Origin: Escherichia coli | Lineage (GTDB): Bacteria; Pseudomonadota; Gammaproteobacteria; Enterobacterales; Enterobacteriaceae | Length of the DNA stretch: 64,000 bases | Reading direction: 5' to 3' (one strand) | Assembly: GCF_044324785.1 (NCBI RefSeq) | Contig: NZ_CP172127.1 | Shown here: positions 33,119 to 46,394 of the stretch, in pieces | How positions within the stretch are numbered: the stretch's first letter is position 1 | Layout: each line of letters starts with the position of its first letter | Program-made: the position numbers and the translations under genes | Notes under the pieces: model-generated | The model's database searches: none | What the model was told of the DNA's origin: nothing | The model's input: the letters and a program-made list of their open reading frames with translations, nothing else

Positions 33119-34780
33119 TTACGCCGCAAGTAGTTCTTTCGCATTCGCCAGTGTGTTACGTGTGACTTCACTGCCACCAAGCAGGCGCGCCAGCTCTTGT
33201 AACCGCGCTTTTTTATCCAGGGATTGCATATGCGTTTCTGTCATCGCACCATCGGTTTCTTTGCTGACAAAATAGTGTTGATGACCACATCCCGCGACTT
33301 GTGGCAGGTGGGTAACACACATCACCTGAGTTGATTCGCCGAGTTGACGCAGCAGTTTGCCAACAACTGCCGCTGTTGGGCCGCTAATCCCTACATCCAC
33401 TTCATCAAAAATCAGTGCCGGGGTTTCCATTTTACGCGCCGTGATGACCTGAATTGCCAGTGCGATGCGTGACAATTCACCACCGGATGCGACTTTGGCA
33501 ATAGGCTGCATTGGCTGACCTGGGTTGGTGGTCACCCGAAACTCAATACGATCAGCGCCGTCAGCGCCCAGGTGATGCTCGTCAAATTTAACATCAATCG
33601 TAAACTGCCCATGCGGCATAGAGAGTGCATGCATACTGTCGGTGATCAGCTGTGCAAGTTCTTCTGCATAGTGCTGGCGTTGCAGGTGTAATGCGTGCGC
33701 GGTTTCCAGTGCCTGCTGATGATGTTTCGTTACCGCCAGCGCGAGCGTTTCTTGTGAGTCGGCCTGATCGTCCAGTTGCTGCTGTTCTTCCAGTAGCGAC
33801 TGGTAATACTGTGGCAATGCCTCAGGGCTGACGTGATGTTTACGTGCCAGCGAAATCTGTTTTGAGATGCGCTGTTCAAGTTCAAACAGTCGGTTGGGAT
33901 CGAGATCCAGACGATCGCAGTAGTGGCGCAGTTCATCGCTGGCTTCAGCAATCTGGATGGTAGCTTCTTCCAGCATATCAAGTACGCCGGACAGTTTGCT
34001 GTCCATGCCAATCAATTCGCTCACCAGTTGTTTAGCCGTGTAAAGCTGACTTTGCAGGTTTGCGTCTTCACCGTCGGCCATTACTGCCAATGCATTCTGG
34101 CTGGTAGTCAGCAATTGACCGCTGTTCGCCAGACGTTTGTACTCTTCGTCGATTTGCTCAAACTCTCCGGGCTGCGGATTAAATTCGTTAAGTTCTTTTA
34201 ATTGGTATTGCAGCAGTTCCGCACGGGCGGCGCGTTCCTGACTTAACTGTTGATGATGCGCGAGGTCACGGCAGCTTTGATGCCACAACTGATAACGTGC
34301 GGTCATTTCCTGGAGCAGAGAGGTTTCATTGGCATAGCCATCAAGCAGGAATTTTTGGTGCTCGGGTTTGGTGAGTAACTGATGGGCGTGCTGACCATGG
34401 ATCTGAATCAACAACTGGCCCAGTTCGCGAAGTTGTGACAGAGGAACAGCTGTACCGTTGATAAAACCTCGTGAGCGACCATCGCTACTGATTACGCGAC
34501 GAAGCAAACATTCATGACCGTCTTCAAGCTGGTTTTCTTCCAGCCAGCGCAGGGCCGCTGGCGTATCTTTCAGAGAAAAACGGGCGCACAGGTCGGCACG
34601 AGCAGCGCCGGTACGCACCATGTCGGCTTCAGCGCGACCACCGAGACAAAGGCCGAGGGCATCTATTGCAATAGATTTACCCGCGCCGGTCTCGCCAGTT
34701 ATTACGGTCATGCCGCTATGAAAATCAATCTCAAGCTCACGAACGATAGCAAAGTTGCTGATGGTCAGTTGTGCCAACAT
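33119..34780 (-). CDS. recN: DNA repair protein RecN (SMC-like ATPase)
   Basis: 553 aa, N-terminal Walker A GETGAGKS, coiled-coil middle, C-terminal signature region. Confidence 0.95.
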   Translation of the reverse strand: MLAQLTISNFAIVRELEIDFHSGMTVITGETGAGKSIAIDALGLCLGGRAEADMVRTGAARADLCARFSLKDTPAALRWLEENQLEDGHECLLRRVISSDGRSRGFINGTAVPLSQLRELGQLLIQIHGQHAHQLLTKPEHQKFLLDGYANETSLLQEMTARYQLWHQSCRDLAHHQQLSQERAARAELLQYQLKELNEFNPQPGEFEQIDEEYKRLANSGQLLTTSQNALAVMADGEDANLQSQLYTAKQLVSELIGMDSKLSGVLDMLEEATIQIAEASDELRHYCDRLDLDPNRLFELEQRISKQISLARKHHVSPEALPQYYQSLLEEQQQLDDQADSQETLALAVTKHHQQALETAHALHLQRQHYAEELAQLITDSMHALSMPHGQFTIDVKFDEHHLGADGADRIEFRVTTNPGQPMQPIAKVASGGELSRIALAIQVITARKMETPALIFDEVDVGISGPTAAVVGKLLRQLGESTQVMCVTHLPQVAGCGHQHYFVSKETDGAMTETHMQSLDKKARLQELARLLGGSEVTRNTLANAKELLAA

Positions 34781-34865
34781 AGTTGTTTTCCTGTATGAAA
34801 AACCATTACTGTTATTGTGTACAGTATAAACTGGTTTTATATACAGTAAAGAGGCTGGCGTAAAA

Positions 34866-35744
34866 TTAGAATAATTTTTTTGACCAGCCGAGCTTGGTGC
34901 TTAATGTATTGAAATAACTGTAATCTTTCGGATGAATCAGATTCAGATGGTAATCACAGCGACGAATCAGGACATCTTCGCCCTCCTGAATCGGCAGTGC
35001 TATCTGGCTGTCGCAACTGATTTCCAGGTCGTTACGGCGATGCGAAAAACGCAGACGGATCGTGCTGCTGCTGTTTATAACCAGTGGTCGTGCTGACAAC
35101 GTATGCGGGAACATGGGCACCAGGGTAATCGCATCCAGAGACGGTGTCAGAATCGGACCTCCCGCTGAGAGGGAATAAGCGGTGGAACCTGTTGGCGTCG
35201 AAATAATCAGGCCATCGGAACGCTGAGAAAACGCAAAGATCTCGTCGATATACACTTCGAACTCAATCATATGCGCCACTTTGCCAGGGTGAAGTACCAC
35301 TTCGTTAATCGCCGTGCTGATGCGTTTCTGGCAATCTTGCTGACAGACTTGCGCTTCCAGCAAAAAACGTTTTTCGCTGATGTAGTGGCCTTCCAGCACA
35401 TCGGCTAACTGTTGCTGGGCGTTATCGGGATCAAGGTCGGTCAGGAAACCCAGGTTGCCACGGTTGATTCCAATAACTTTAATATCGTAACGGGCGAGCG
35501 TGCGCGCCGCGCCCAGCATATTACCGTCGCCGCCAACGACAACCGCGAGATCAGCCTGTTGCCCAATCTCCGCGAGCGTGCCAGTTTTCACATTCTTCAG
35601 TTGCAGTTCGTGAGCGATTTGTTGCTCAACGATGACCTCGTAACCTTTTGTGCACAGCCAGCGGTAGAGCATTTCATGTGTTGTCAGTGCAGTGGGGTGC
35701 CGTGGGTGTCCCACAATGCCAATACACTTGAAATGATTATTCAT
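34866..35744 (-). CDS. nadK: NAD kinase NadK
   Basis: 292 aa with GGDG motif (…[12 protein letters not shown]…). Confidence 0.95.
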
Positions 35745-35833
35745 TTTTCCGAGGTCCTTGTTGCGAAGATTGATGACAATGTGAGTGCTTCCCTTGAAAC
35801 CCTGAAACTGATCCCCATAATAAGCGAAGTTAG

Positions 35834-36460
<627 letters not shown>

Positions 36461-36482
36461 TTTCTGTTTTCGTAATAATTCA

Positions 36483-36514
36483 CGGCCCTGCATGCGAATG
36501 CAGGGCCGTTTTCG
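36483..36514. terminator. Bidirectional Rho-independent terminator between convergent grpE and yfjD
   Basis: cggccctgcatgcgaatgcagggccg hairpin with flanking T/A runs. Confidence 0.7.
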
Positions 36515-37777
36515 TTACTCCGCCACACTCTCGCGCAGCGGTTTCACAGGAAAAACTTTTACCTGCTTAATCATATTGTCCTGTACGTCGAGAATGTCGA
36601 TGTCGTACTCGCCAATACGTACACGGGTGCCCGCGACCGGGATCTCTTCCAGTGCCTCAAGAATGACGCCATTAACAGTGCGGGCATCATCTTCCGGTAG
36701 ATGCCAGTTAAAGGCTTTGTTGATTTCCCGCACGTTGGCGGTGCCATCAATAATCACTGAACCGTCGTTTTGCGGCGTGACCTCTTCGGCAAGTGTTGGC
36801 GACATGGACGTGGTGAAATCGCCGACAATCTCTTCCAGAATATCTTCAACCGTCACCAGCCCCTGAATGTCTCCATACTCGTTGACGACCAGGCCGACTT
36901 TCTTTTTGTTGCGCTGAAACTTTACCAACTGCGTGCTGAGCGGCGTACCTTCTGGCACAAAATAGATCTCGTCCGCAGCACGCAGCATCGTCTCTTTGGT
37001 GAACTCTTTTTTCTCCGACATCAACCGCCAGGCTTCACGTACTCGCAGCATACTGATGGCGTCGTCCAGCGAATCACGGTAGAGCACGATGCGCCCGTGA
37101 GGTGAGTGGGAGAGTTGGCGCAGAATCGATTTCCAGTCATCGTTGATATCAATACCGATAATTTCACTGCGCGGCACCATGATGTCATCAACGGTCATTT
37201 TTTCCAGATCGAGCACCGACAGCAGCATATCCTGATTGCGACGGGAAATTTGTGAGCGCGATTCGTGCACGATGGTGCGCAACTCTTCTTTGCTTAAAGA
37301 GCCGCTAACAACGATATCGGTTTTGATGCCCATCATGCGCATTAACATGCGGGTAATAGCGTTCAGCAACCAGACCAGCGGCATCATCAAAATTTGCAGC
37401 GGAGCCAGCAGAAAACTACTCGGATAAGCGACTTTTTCCGGGTACAGCGCGGCAATGGTTTTCGGCAATACCTCAGCAAAAACCAGTACGACAAAAGTCA
37501 GCACACCAGTCGCAATTGCCACGCCCGCATCGCCGTACAAACGCATCCCAACAATAGTGCCGAGCGCGGAGGCAAGAATATTGACCAGGTTATTGCCGAT
37601 TAACACCAGGCTAATCAGGCGGTCTGGCTTACGCAGCAATTTTTCGACGCGTTTGGCCGAGCGATTACCCTGTTTCGCCATATGTCGCAGACGATAGCGG
37701 TTGAGGGTCATCATTCCGGTTTCGGACCCGGAAAAATAGGCTGAAATGACCACCATGATGATCAGAATAATGATCAA
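36515..37777 (-). CDS. yfjD: CNNM/CorC-family inner membrane protein (DUF21–CBS pair–CorC domains), YfjD
   Basis: 420-aa ORF; N-terminal transmembrane region, CBS pair, CorC/HlyC C-terminal domain; true start may be slightly upstream. Confidence 0.85.
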   Translation of the reverse strand: MIIILIIMVVISAYFSGSETGMMTLNRYRLRHMAKQGNRSAKRVEKLLRKPDRLISLVLIGNNLVNILASALGTIVGMRLYGDAGVAIATGVLTFVVLVFAEVLPKTIAALYPEKVAYPSSFLLAPLQILMMPLVWLLNAITRMLMRMMGIKTDIVVSGSLSKEELRTIVHESRSQISRRNQDMLLSVLDLEKMTVDDIMVPRSEIIGIDINDDWKSILRQLSHSPHGRIVLYRDSLDDAISMLRVREAWRLMSEKKEFTKETMLRAADEIYFVPEGTPLSTQLVKFQRNKKKVGLVVNEYGDIQGLVTVEDILEEIVGDFTTSMSPTLAEEVTPQNDGSVIIDGTANVREINKAFNWHLPEDDARTVNGVILEALEEIPVAGTRVRIGEYDIDILDVQDNMIKQVKVFPVKPLRESVAE

Positions 37778-37821
37778 CGTAGTAGTAGAAATGTGTTCCA
37801 GGGGAAACTCCTTTTCTGGGT

Positions 37822-38613
37822 TTAGCTGATTAACTGCTGGACAATTCGGCTGCCGAAGTAGGCTAGTGTCAGAATGACTGCACCCGCAACGTTAAACCAG
37901 ACGACGCGGCGTCCACGCCATCCTTCATGATAATGTCCCCACAGCAGCACAATATAGACAAACCACGCCACGATAGAGAGCACGGCCTTGTCGATATTTT
38001 CCATGCTAAATAAGTTGTGCATGTAGAACAGGCCAGTGCAAAGAGTGAGCGTTAGCAGCACCACGCCAATCTGCGTGATGTGGAACATTTTACGCTCGAT
38101 ACTCATCAATGGCGGCATTTCCTGGTTAAACGCCAGCTTCTTGTTCTTCAGTTGGTAATCAATCCACGCCAGTTGCAGCGCGTACAGGGCGGCGATAATC
38201 AGCGTGGCATAGGAAAAGAGCGATAAGCCAATGTGCACCAGCATCCCAGGCGTAGCTTCCAGATGGGTGATGTATTCATTGGGCATGAAGGTCGCCAGCG
38301 CCAGGTTGATAAGCGCAAAGGCATAGACAATGGGTAGCAGCAACCAGCCACGATTGCGAGAAGCCACAATGGTCATTACCGTACAGATCATCAAACTGAC
38401 CAATGAACCAACATTCAGCAGGCTGAGGTTTTGTCCGCTATCACCGTCGGGAAGGATGCGGGCTTCCAGAGCGATTGCGTGGCAGATCAGCGCGATGACC
38501 GCAGAAATAATAGCCATGCGCCGCCAGCCGCCGTTTTTTTGCAGCAGACCGGGAACAATCAGCGCAAGACTGACGGAGTAGGCGACAAGCGCGAGCAGAG
38601 CAAAAACGGGCAT
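37822..38613 (-). CDS. ypjD: Inner membrane protein YpjD (cytochrome c assembly/CcsA-like family)
   Basis: ORF 37822..38688; the internal Met (MPVFALLALVAYSV…) gives about 263 aa; multi-TM. Confidence 0.8.
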   Translation of the reverse strand: MPVFALLALVAYSVSLALIVPGLLQKNGGWRRMAIISAVIALICHAIALEARILPDGDSGQNLSLLNVGSLVSLMICTVMTIVASRNRGWLLLPIVYAFALINLALATFMPNEYITHLEATPGMLVHIGLSLFSYATLIIAALYALQLAWIDYQLKNKKLAFNQEMPPLMSIERKMFHITQIGVVLLTLTLCTGLFYMHNLFSMENIDKAVLSIVAWFVYIVLLWGHYHEGWRGRRVVWFNVAGAVILTLAYFGSRIVQQLIS

Positions 38614-38779
38614 AGTAATGTCGACAGTTTGAGCAATAAGAAAGAGAAGCAGTATAGCGTTAGGTGAACGCTGCTCCAACCGTTGCATAACAACAAAGAC
38701 GCCTTCATGTTATACTGCGGCAAAATACTGATGATGTGTCGCGATTGCGGCCAACCGTTTCCACCCCAGGCGAGAGACA

Positions 38780-40141
38780 ATGTTTGATAATTTAACCGAT
38801 CGTTTGTCGCGCACGCTGCGCAATATCAGTGGCCGTGGACGCCTCACTGAAGACAACGTAAAAGATACGCTGCGCGAAGTGCGCATGGCGCTGCTGGAGG
38901 CGGACGTCGCTCTGCCGGTAGTGCGTGAGTTTATCAATCGCGTAAAAGAGAAAGCGGTTGGTCATGAAGTTAATAAGAGCCTGACGCCGGGGCAGGAGTT
39001 CGTCAAAATCGTCCGTAACGAACTGGTTGCGGCGATGGGCGAAGAGAACCAGACCCTGAACCTGGCTGCGCAACCGCCTGCGGTCGTGCTGATGGCGGGC
39101 CTGCAAGGTGCCGGTAAAACAACCAGCGTTGGTAAACTCGGTAAGTTCCTGCGCGAGAAGCACAAGAAGAAAGTGCTGGTGGTTTCCGCCGACGTTTATC
39201 GCCCGGCGGCAATCAAACAGCTTGAGACGCTGGCAGAGCAGGTGGGCGTTGATTTCTTCCCTTCTGATGTTGGTCAGAAGCCGGTAGATATCGTTAACGC
39301 GGCGCTGAAAGAAGCCAAACTGAAATTCTACGACGTGCTGCTGGTGGATACCGCTGGTCGTCTGCACGTTGACGAAGCGATGATGGATGAGATCAAACAA
39401 GTCCATGCGTCGATTAATCCGGTTGAAACCCTGTTTGTGGTTGACGCCATGACCGGTCAGGATGCGGCCAATACGGCAAAAGCATTCAATGAAGCGTTAC
39501 CGCTTACCGGTGTAGTGTTGACCAAAGTGGACGGCGATGCCCGCGGTGGTGCGGCGCTCTCTATTCGTCACATCACTGGCAAACCGATCAAGTTCCTCGG
39601 TGTTGGCGAGAAAACTGAGGCGCTGGAGCCGTTCCATCCGGACCGCATCGCGTCGCGTATTCTAGGCATGGGCGACGTACTGTCGCTGATCGAAGATATC
39701 GAAAGCAAAGTTGACCGCGCGCAGGCAGAGAAATTAGCCAGCAAGCTAAAAAAAGGCGACGGCTTCGATCTCAACGACTTCCTTGAGCAACTGCGCCAGA
39801 TGAAAAATATGGGCGGCATGGCCAGCTTGATGGGCAAACTGCCGGGCATGGGGCAGATCCCGGATAACGTCAAGTCACAGATGGACGATAAAGTGCTGGT
39901 GCGTATGGAAGCCATCATCAACTCGATGACGATGAAAGAGCGCGCTAAGCCAGAAATCATCAAAGGTTCGCGTAAGCGTCGTATCGCTGCCGGTTGCGGT
40001 ATGCAGGTGCAGGACGTTAACCGCCTTCTGAAGCAGTTCGACGACATGCAGCGCATGATGAAGAAAATGAAGAAGGGCGGAATGGCGAAGATGATGAGAA
40101 GCATGAAGGGTATGATGCCGCCGGGATTTCCTGGTCGCTAA
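38780..40141 (+). CDS. ffh: Signal recognition particle protein Ffh
   Basis: 453 aa, NG domain with GLQGAGKTT and a Met-rich M domain. Confidence 0.96.
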   Translation: MFDNLTDRLSRTLRNISGRGRLTEDNVKDTLREVRMALLEADVALPVVREFINRVKEKAVGHEVNKSLTPGQEFVKIVRNELVAAMGEENQTLNLAAQPPAVVLMAGLQGAGKTTSVGKLGKFLREKHKKKVLVVSADVYRPAAIKQLETLAEQVGVDFFPSDVGQKPVDIVNAALKEAKLKFYDVLLVDTAGRLHVDEAMMDEIKQVHASINPVETLFVVDAMTGQDAANTAKAFNEALPLTGVVLTKVDGDARGGAALSIRHITGKPIKFLGVGEKTEALEPFHPDRIASRILGMGDVLSLIEDIESKVDRAQAEKLASKLKKGDGFDLNDFLEQLRQMKNMGGMASLMGKLPGMGQIPDNVKSQMDDKVLVRMEAIINSMTMKERAKPEIIKGSRKRRIAAGCGMQVQDVNRLLKQFDDMQRMMKKMKKGGMAKMMRSMKGMMPPGFPGR

Positions 40142-40199
40142 ATGACCTTATGCGACAGAGTTATTAACTGCTGATTGCATTTTCTCCAGAAATCAGTAA

Positions 40200-40526
<327 letters not shown>

Positions 40527-40544
40527 TCTGTCACGGTGGTCATG

Positions 40545-41093
40545 ATGAGCAAACAACTCACCGCGCAAGCACCTGTTGATCCCATCGTTTTGGGAAAAAT
40601 GGGTTCGTCTTACGGTATTCGTGGGTGGCTCAGAGTGTTTTCTTCCACCGAAGACGCCGAAAGCATTTTTGACTATCAGCCCTGGTTTATCCAGAAGGCG
40701 GGTCAGTGGCAGCAAGTCCAGCTGGAAAGCTGGAAGCACCACAATCAGGACATGATCATCAAGCTGAAAGGCGTTGACGATCGTGATGCGGCGAACCTGC
40801 TGACGAATTGTGAAATTGTCGTGGATTCATCGCAGCTGCCTCAGCTTGAAGAGGGTGACTACTACTGGAAAGACCTGATGGGCTGCCAGGTAGTAACCAC
40901 TGAAGGCTACGATCTCGGTAAAGTCGTCGATATGATGGAAACCGGATCTAATGACGTTCTCGTCATTAAGGCAAACCTGAAAGATGCGTTTGGTATCAAG
41001 GAACGTCTCGTACCGTTCCTCGATGGGCAGGTTATCAAGAAAGTCGATCTCACTACTCGTTCAATCGAAGTAGATTGGGATCCTGGTTTTTAA
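40545..41093 (+). CDS. rimM: Ribosome maturation factor RimM
   Basis: ORF 40536..41093; ATG at 40545 ([20 protein letters not shown]…) gives 182 aa. Confidence 0.93.
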
Positions 41094-41123
41094 ACCACCG
41101 GATAAACGGTAAAAGACGGCGCT

Positions 41124-41891
41124 ATGTGGATTGGCATAATTAGCCTGTTTCCTGAAATGTTCCGCGCAATTACCGATTACGGGGTAACTGGCCGGGCAGT
41201 TAAAAATGGCCTGCTGAGCATCCAGAGCTGGAGTCCTCGCGACTTCACGCATGACCGGCACCGTACTGTGGACGATCGTCCTTACGGCGGCGGACCGGGG
41301 ATGTTAATGATGGTGCAACCCTTGCGGGACGCCATTCATGCAGCAAAAGCCGCGGCGGGTGAAGGCGCAAAGGTGATTTATCTGTCACCACAGGGACGCA
41401 AGCTTGATCAAGCGGGCGTCAGCGAACTGGCAACGAATCAAAAATTGATTCTGGTGTGCGGTCGCTACGAAGGTATAGATGAGCGCGTGATCCAAACCGA
41501 AATTGACGAAGAATGGTCAATCGGCGATTACGTTCTCAGTGGTGGTGAGTTACCAGCAATGACGCTGATTGACTCCGTTTCCCGGTTTATTCCGGGAGTA
41601 CTGGGACATGAAGCTTCGGCAACGGAAGATTCCTTTGCTGAAGGATTGCTGGATTGCCCGCACTATACGCGGCCTGAGGTGTTAGAAGGGATGGAAGTTC
41701 CGTCAGTGTTACTGTCGGGCAACCATGCCGAGATACGTCGCTGGCGTTTGAAACAGTCGCTGGGCCGTACCTGGCTTAGAAGACCTGAACTTCTGGAAAA
41801 CCTGGCTCTGACTGAAGAGCAAGCAAGGTTGCTGGCGGAGTTCAAAACGGAACACGCACAACAGCAACATAAACATGATGGGATGGCGTAA
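41124..41891 (+). CDS. trmD: tRNA (guanine37-N1)-methyltransferase TrmD
   Basis: 255-aa SPOUT-class methyltransferase within the rpsP-rimM-trmD-rplS operon. Confidence 0.96.
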   Translation: MWIGIISLFPEMFRAITDYGVTGRAVKNGLLSIQSWSPRDFTHDRHRTVDDRPYGGGPGMLMMVQPLRDAIHAAKAAAGEGAKVIYLSPQGRKLDQAGVSELATNQKLILVCGRYEGIDERVIQTEIDEEWSIGDYVLSGGELPAMTLIDSVSRFIPGVLGHEASATEDSFAEGLLDCPHYTRPEVLEGMEVPSVLLSGNHAEIRRWRLKQSLGRTWLRRPELLENLALTEEQARLLAEFKTEHAQQQHKHDGMA

Positions 41892-41929
41892 GCCCCCGAG
41901 ATATCAGTTTACCCAGGATAAGAGATTAA

Positions 41930-42280
<351 letters not shown>

Positions 42281-42308
42281 GGTTTCGCTTAAGCGACATC
42301 CTGTTAAG

Positions 42309-42340
42309 AAGGGCTGGCCAATTGGCTGGCCCTTTTTTTA
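42309..42340 (+). terminator. Rho-independent terminator of the rpsP-rimM-trmD-rplS operon
   Basis: gggctggccaattggctggccc hairpin followed by ttttttta. Confidence 0.8.
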
Positions 42341-42356
42341 TCTGTTTGCTCGTGTT

Positions 42357-42839
42357 TTAAGGGGTAGTAATCACCACTGCGACGCGGCGGTTCTCGGCGC
42401 GGCCCTGGGCGGTCTTGTTACTGGCTATGGGATATTTTTTTCCTAAACCCTGTGTGGTGAGATTGCTGCGCGGAATTTGTCCACCTATAGCCCATGCATC
42501 GGCCACAACATTCGCCCGTTTCAATGATAAGGCTTCGTTGTAACTGTCTTCACCATAGTTGTCGGTGTGTCCATCCATACGGGCATGCGTTAGCCCTGTC
42601 GAGGCCAATTTGGCTGCCATGGTTTGGATCTGTTGCTGGCTTTCCGGGAGCAATTTGTAGTCATTTTTTGCGAACAGAATGGCATCTGATAAGCCCAGCG
42701 ACCAGTCGCCGGCGGATTCAGTAAATCCATAAGATTGCATAGCGGCGACTTGCTCAGGAGTAAACTTTCCCTGAGGGGACTGGCAGCCAGTCAGTATTAG
42801 TGAGGTGAAAATCAGGGGTGCTACCAGGTGCTTTATCAT
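42357..42839 (-). CDS. yfiB: OmpA-family outer-membrane lipoprotein YfiB
   Basis: 160 aa with lipobox LTGC and a C-terminal OmpA-like peptidoglycan-binding domain. Confidence 0.9.
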   Translation of the reverse strand: MIKHLVAPLIFTSLILTGCQSPQGKFTPEQVAAMQSYGFTESAGDWSLGLSDAILFAKNDYKLLPESQQQIQTMAAKLASTGLTHARMDGHTDNYGEDSYNEALSLKRANVVADAWAIGGQIPRSNLTTQGLGKKYPIASNKTAQGRAENRRVAVVITTP

Positions 42840-42854
42840 ATCGATATATCCTTG

Positions 42855-44081
42855 TTATCTCACCAGCTTTTCGGCACGCTGGTGTTTGGCCTGATACATA
42901 TTGTGATCGGCCAGCTCTTGTAATTTTTCCGCAGAAGCGTGCGCAATGGTCATTGCGTAACCAATGCTTAATGTCATGGTGGTCTGATGGCCATTATGAA
43001 GATCAAACGGGTGATTAAAGATTTGTGTCAGTGCTGAGCATATCTGCTGCACTTCAGATTCCGACTGTACATCATAGAGCACCATCGCGAATTCATCGCC
43101 GCCCAGGCGGTATGCTTTATGTCGCAGCCCGCCAAATTCAGCTAACCGTTTTGCGATTTCAATCAAGACTCTATCGCCCGTCGCATGACCCCAGGTATCA
43201 TTGATATATTTGAAATTATCGCCATCAAGAAATAGTAACGCCGACGTTTTTCGGGCATCGGAATTGTTCATCAACGTGTTGATGCCGCTACGAAACGCTG
43301 CGCGGTTAGCCAGCCCGGTTAATGGGTCATGTAGCGCGGTACGTAGAAGCTGCGCATTTTTGGCCTGTAAACGAAGCTGCCACTCTTCCATTTCATCCAG
43401 CAGACTGTTGAAGTCGAGTGCGAAGCGGTGAAACTCAGCGATACGTTCTTCCGAAACTCGCCGGGAAAAATTGCGGTTGGAACGTACGTCATGCACGACA
43501 TCGGTGATATTTTTCAATGCTTCCACCAGACCATTGTGCAAATGACGGGTGAGGGTAATTGCGATGCCTGATGCCAGCAGAATACAACCGGTCAGTACGG
43601 CGAGCGAAAACCAGATAAAATGGCTGATTGAACTGTCGCGAGCGGTTAAGCGTACTTCGCCAATGGTTTCACCATTGTGACGAATCGGCTGAATGATGGG
43701 GGCAGGGAAGAGCCAGTGGCTTATGAAATTACTGAAAGTATCGCCTGGATCCTTACGGGTGTAATGCCAGGATGCCAGAATATTTTGCTGCTTATCACGC
43801 ACTTCTGCAGTTGAAAATTGCCCTTGCTGCCCCAGCGCTGCCAGTGTTTCAGTTGCTGCAGGGCCATCGGCAAAAACGACCGCTGCTTCCAGACTGTAAG
43901 TCATTGTTGCTGCTGTCAGTGCCAGGTTTTTTTGCGCGTACTGTTTCAGGGTCAGCACCGAGGTCACGGAAAGCAGCAACCAGATCAGCATCATAGTGAT
44001 AAATATGCTGGTCATACTGATGTTGCGTAATGCTCTTTTAAACGTGGGGCGCTTATTAAGAGAATTATCGTTATCCATCAT
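42855..44081 (-). CDS. dgcN: Diguanylate cyclase DgcN (YfiN), HAMP-GGDEF
   Basis: 408 aa, N-terminal transmembrane/periplasmic region, GGDEF motif (…[10 protein letters not shown]…). Confidence 0.92.
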
Positions 44082-44589
44082 TTTTCTTCCGTGCGAGCAT
44101 TAAGACATCCGGGTTGACCTTTACACCGCTACGCGATAAGGCATCCAGGTTTACGGCAAATCTGACGTCATTATTGTGGATGATCAGACAAAAGGCGCTA
44201 CCAATAATGCACTCGGTATTTTGTTCGGCAATTAATAATAACGCCTTTGACGGATATTGTTCGGTTAATTCCATCTGGAATGTCGGTGACTCGTTGCCAA
44301 AATAAAAACCATTGCAGCCTGAAATCATCGCCTCTTGTTGAGTGTGAATGATGACAGGCAGATAAGGCAAAGATGTCGCGGCATTCTCTTGTAGGGCGGT
44401 ACTAAAACGTGAAGATGAAAAGATACATAACTTTGGTGGCCCTGATAGCGCAGGCCAGCGGGTGTAACTGACAATACCGGAAACCATCATACGCACGTTT
44501 TTCGCAACGTCAGAAGGTTCCTGAGCGAGTATTGGTGCTCCCGTCAGCAGGAGAATCAGCAGTAAGAACAGTCGGTGAGAAAAACGCAT
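44071..44589 (-). CDS. yfiR: Periplasmic repressor of DgcN, YfiR
   Basis: 172 aa with signal peptide; overlaps the dgcN start by 11 nt. Confidence 0.9.
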
Positions 44590-44738
44590 TCAGGGATCCT
44601 CACCATCTTCGCTCGAAATGCATCGATATTTTTTAAGAATGCTCATTAAAATATCATTCTTTCATGCGGTCGTCATCAATGTGAGAAATAAAACACAATG
44701 AGTAAAATCTCATGCTTAATTTATTTGCGGGGGTTTAA

Positions 44739-45104
44739 TTAATTTAATCGTATTGTGCTGGCATTTTCATCAGCCCCTTTTTGCCATACTTCATGCAGTT
44801 GGCTGGCATTTTCAACATTGTTGCAGCTGGCAGGAAAGCTTTTACCGGAAAGTCCTCGGGCATAAGTAAAATCGGTCTGGCAAGTTTTCTTTTGTCCTTC
44901 GGCATATCCTTTAAGGTATAGACTGCGATCCGCCTGTGAATCGCTAAATGCATCGTCATCTTTTATGGCGTTGCCCGATATCGCATCTTCCATACCGACA
45001 TCATACCAGTCGGTGCTGGTCAAGGTTGGCGCGTGAGTATAAGGATCAATCTGACATCCGCTAACCAGTAAAGCCAACAAGGGGGCGATAAACTTTTTCA
45101 TCAT
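44739..45104 (-). CDS. yfiL: Lipoprotein YfiL
   Basis: ORF 44739..45143; start at MMKKFIAPLLALLVSGC (lipobox) with RBS ggagaaag gives about 121 aa. Confidence 0.8.
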   Translation of the reverse strand: MMKKFIAPLLALLVSGCQIDPYTHAPTLTSTDWYDVGMEDAISGNAIKDDDAFSDSQADRSLYLKGYAEGQKKTCQTDFTYARGLSGKSFPASCNNVENASQLHEVWQKGADENASTIRLN

Positions 45105-45149
45105 TTCTTTCTCCTTTTTCAAAGCATAGCGGATTGTTTTCAAAGGTGG

Positions 45150-45167
45150 TGTAAATTTATTTATACA
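45150..45167 (+). promoter_or_regulatory. TyrR-box-like operator upstream of aroF
   Basis: tgtaaatttatttataca approximates TGTAAA-N6-TTTACA; further partial boxes follow at 45200-45260. Confidence 0.55.
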
Positions 45168-45313
45168 TAAACAAGGGTTAAAAGCGCGAATAAATTGCTT
45201 ATGTAAAGAAAAATGTACGAAATATGGATTGAAAACTTTACTTTATGTGTTATCGTTACGTCATCCTCGCTGAGGATCAACTATCGCAAACGAGCATAAA
45301 CAGGATCGCCATC

Positions 45314-46384
45314 ATGCAAAAAGACGCGCTGAATAACGTACATATTACCGACGAACAGGTTTTAATGACTCCGGAACAACTGAAGGCCGCTTTTCCATTA
45401 AGCCTGCAACAAGAAGCCCAGATTGCTGACTCGCGTAAAACCATTTCAGATATTATCGCCGGGCGCGATCCTCGTCTTCTGGTAGTATGTGGTCCTTGTT
45501 CCATTCATGATCCGGAAACTGCTCTGGAATATGCTCGTCGATTTAAAGCCCTTGCCGCAGAGGTCAGCGATAGCCTCTATCTGGTAATGCGCGTCTATTT
45601 TGAAAAACCCCGTACCACTGTCGGTTGGAAAGGGTTGATTAACGATCCCCATATGGATGGCTCTTTTGATGTAGAAGCCGGGCTGCAGATCGCGCGTAAA
45701 TTGCTGCTTGAGCTGGTGAATATGGGACTGCCACTGGCGACGGAAGCGTTAGATCCGAATAGCCCGCAATACCTGGGCGATCTGTTTAGCTGGTCAGCAA
45801 TTGGTGCTCGTACAACGGAATCGCAAACTCACCGTGAAATGGCCTCCGGGCTTTCCATGCCGGTTGGTTTTAAAAACGGCACCGACGGCAGTCTGGCAAC
45901 AGCAATTAACGCTATGCGCGCCGCCGCCCAGCCGCACCGTTTTGTTGGCATTAACCAGGCAGGGCAGGTGGCGTTGCTACAAACTCAGGGGAATCCGGAC
46001 GGGCATGTGATCCTGCGCGGTGGTAAAGCGCCGAACTATAGCCCTGCGGATGTTGCGCAATGTGAAAAAGAGATGGAACAGGCGGGACTGCGCCCGTCTC
46101 TGATGGTAGATTGCAGCCACGGTAATTCCAATAAAGATTATCGCCGTCAGCCTGCGGTGGCAGAGTCCGTGGTTGCTCAGATCAAAGATGGTAATCGCTC
46201 CATTATTGGTCTGATGATTGAAAGTAATATCCACGAAGGTAATCAGTCTTCCGAACAGCCGCGTAGCGAAATGAAATACGGCGTGTCTGTAACCGATGCC
46301 TGCATTAGTTGGGAAATGACCGATGCCTTGCTGCGTGAAATTCATCAGGATCTGAACGGGCAGCTGACGGCTCGCGTGGCTTAA
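45314..46384 (+). CDS. aroF: Tyrosine-sensitive DAHP synthase AroF
   Basis: ORF 45245..46384; start at [25 protein letters not shown] gives 356 aa. Confidence 0.95.
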   Translation: MQKDALNNVHITDEQVLMTPEQLKAAFPLSLQQEAQIADSRKTISDIIAGRDPRLLVVCGPCSIHDPETALEYARRFKALAAEVSDSLYLVMRVYFEKPRTTVGWKGLINDPHMDGSFDVEAGLQIARKLLLELVNMGLPLATEALDPNSPQYLGDLFSWSAIGARTTESQTHREMASGLSMPVGFKNGTDGSLATAINAMRAAAQPHRFVGINQAGQVALLQTQGNPDGHVILRGGKAPNYSPADVAQCEKEMEQAGLRPSLMVDCSHGNSNKDYRRQPAVAESVVAQIKDGNRSIIGLMIESNIHEGNQSSEQPRSEMKYGVSVTDACISWEMTDALLREIHQDLNGQLTARVA

Positions 46385-46394
46385 GAGGTTTATT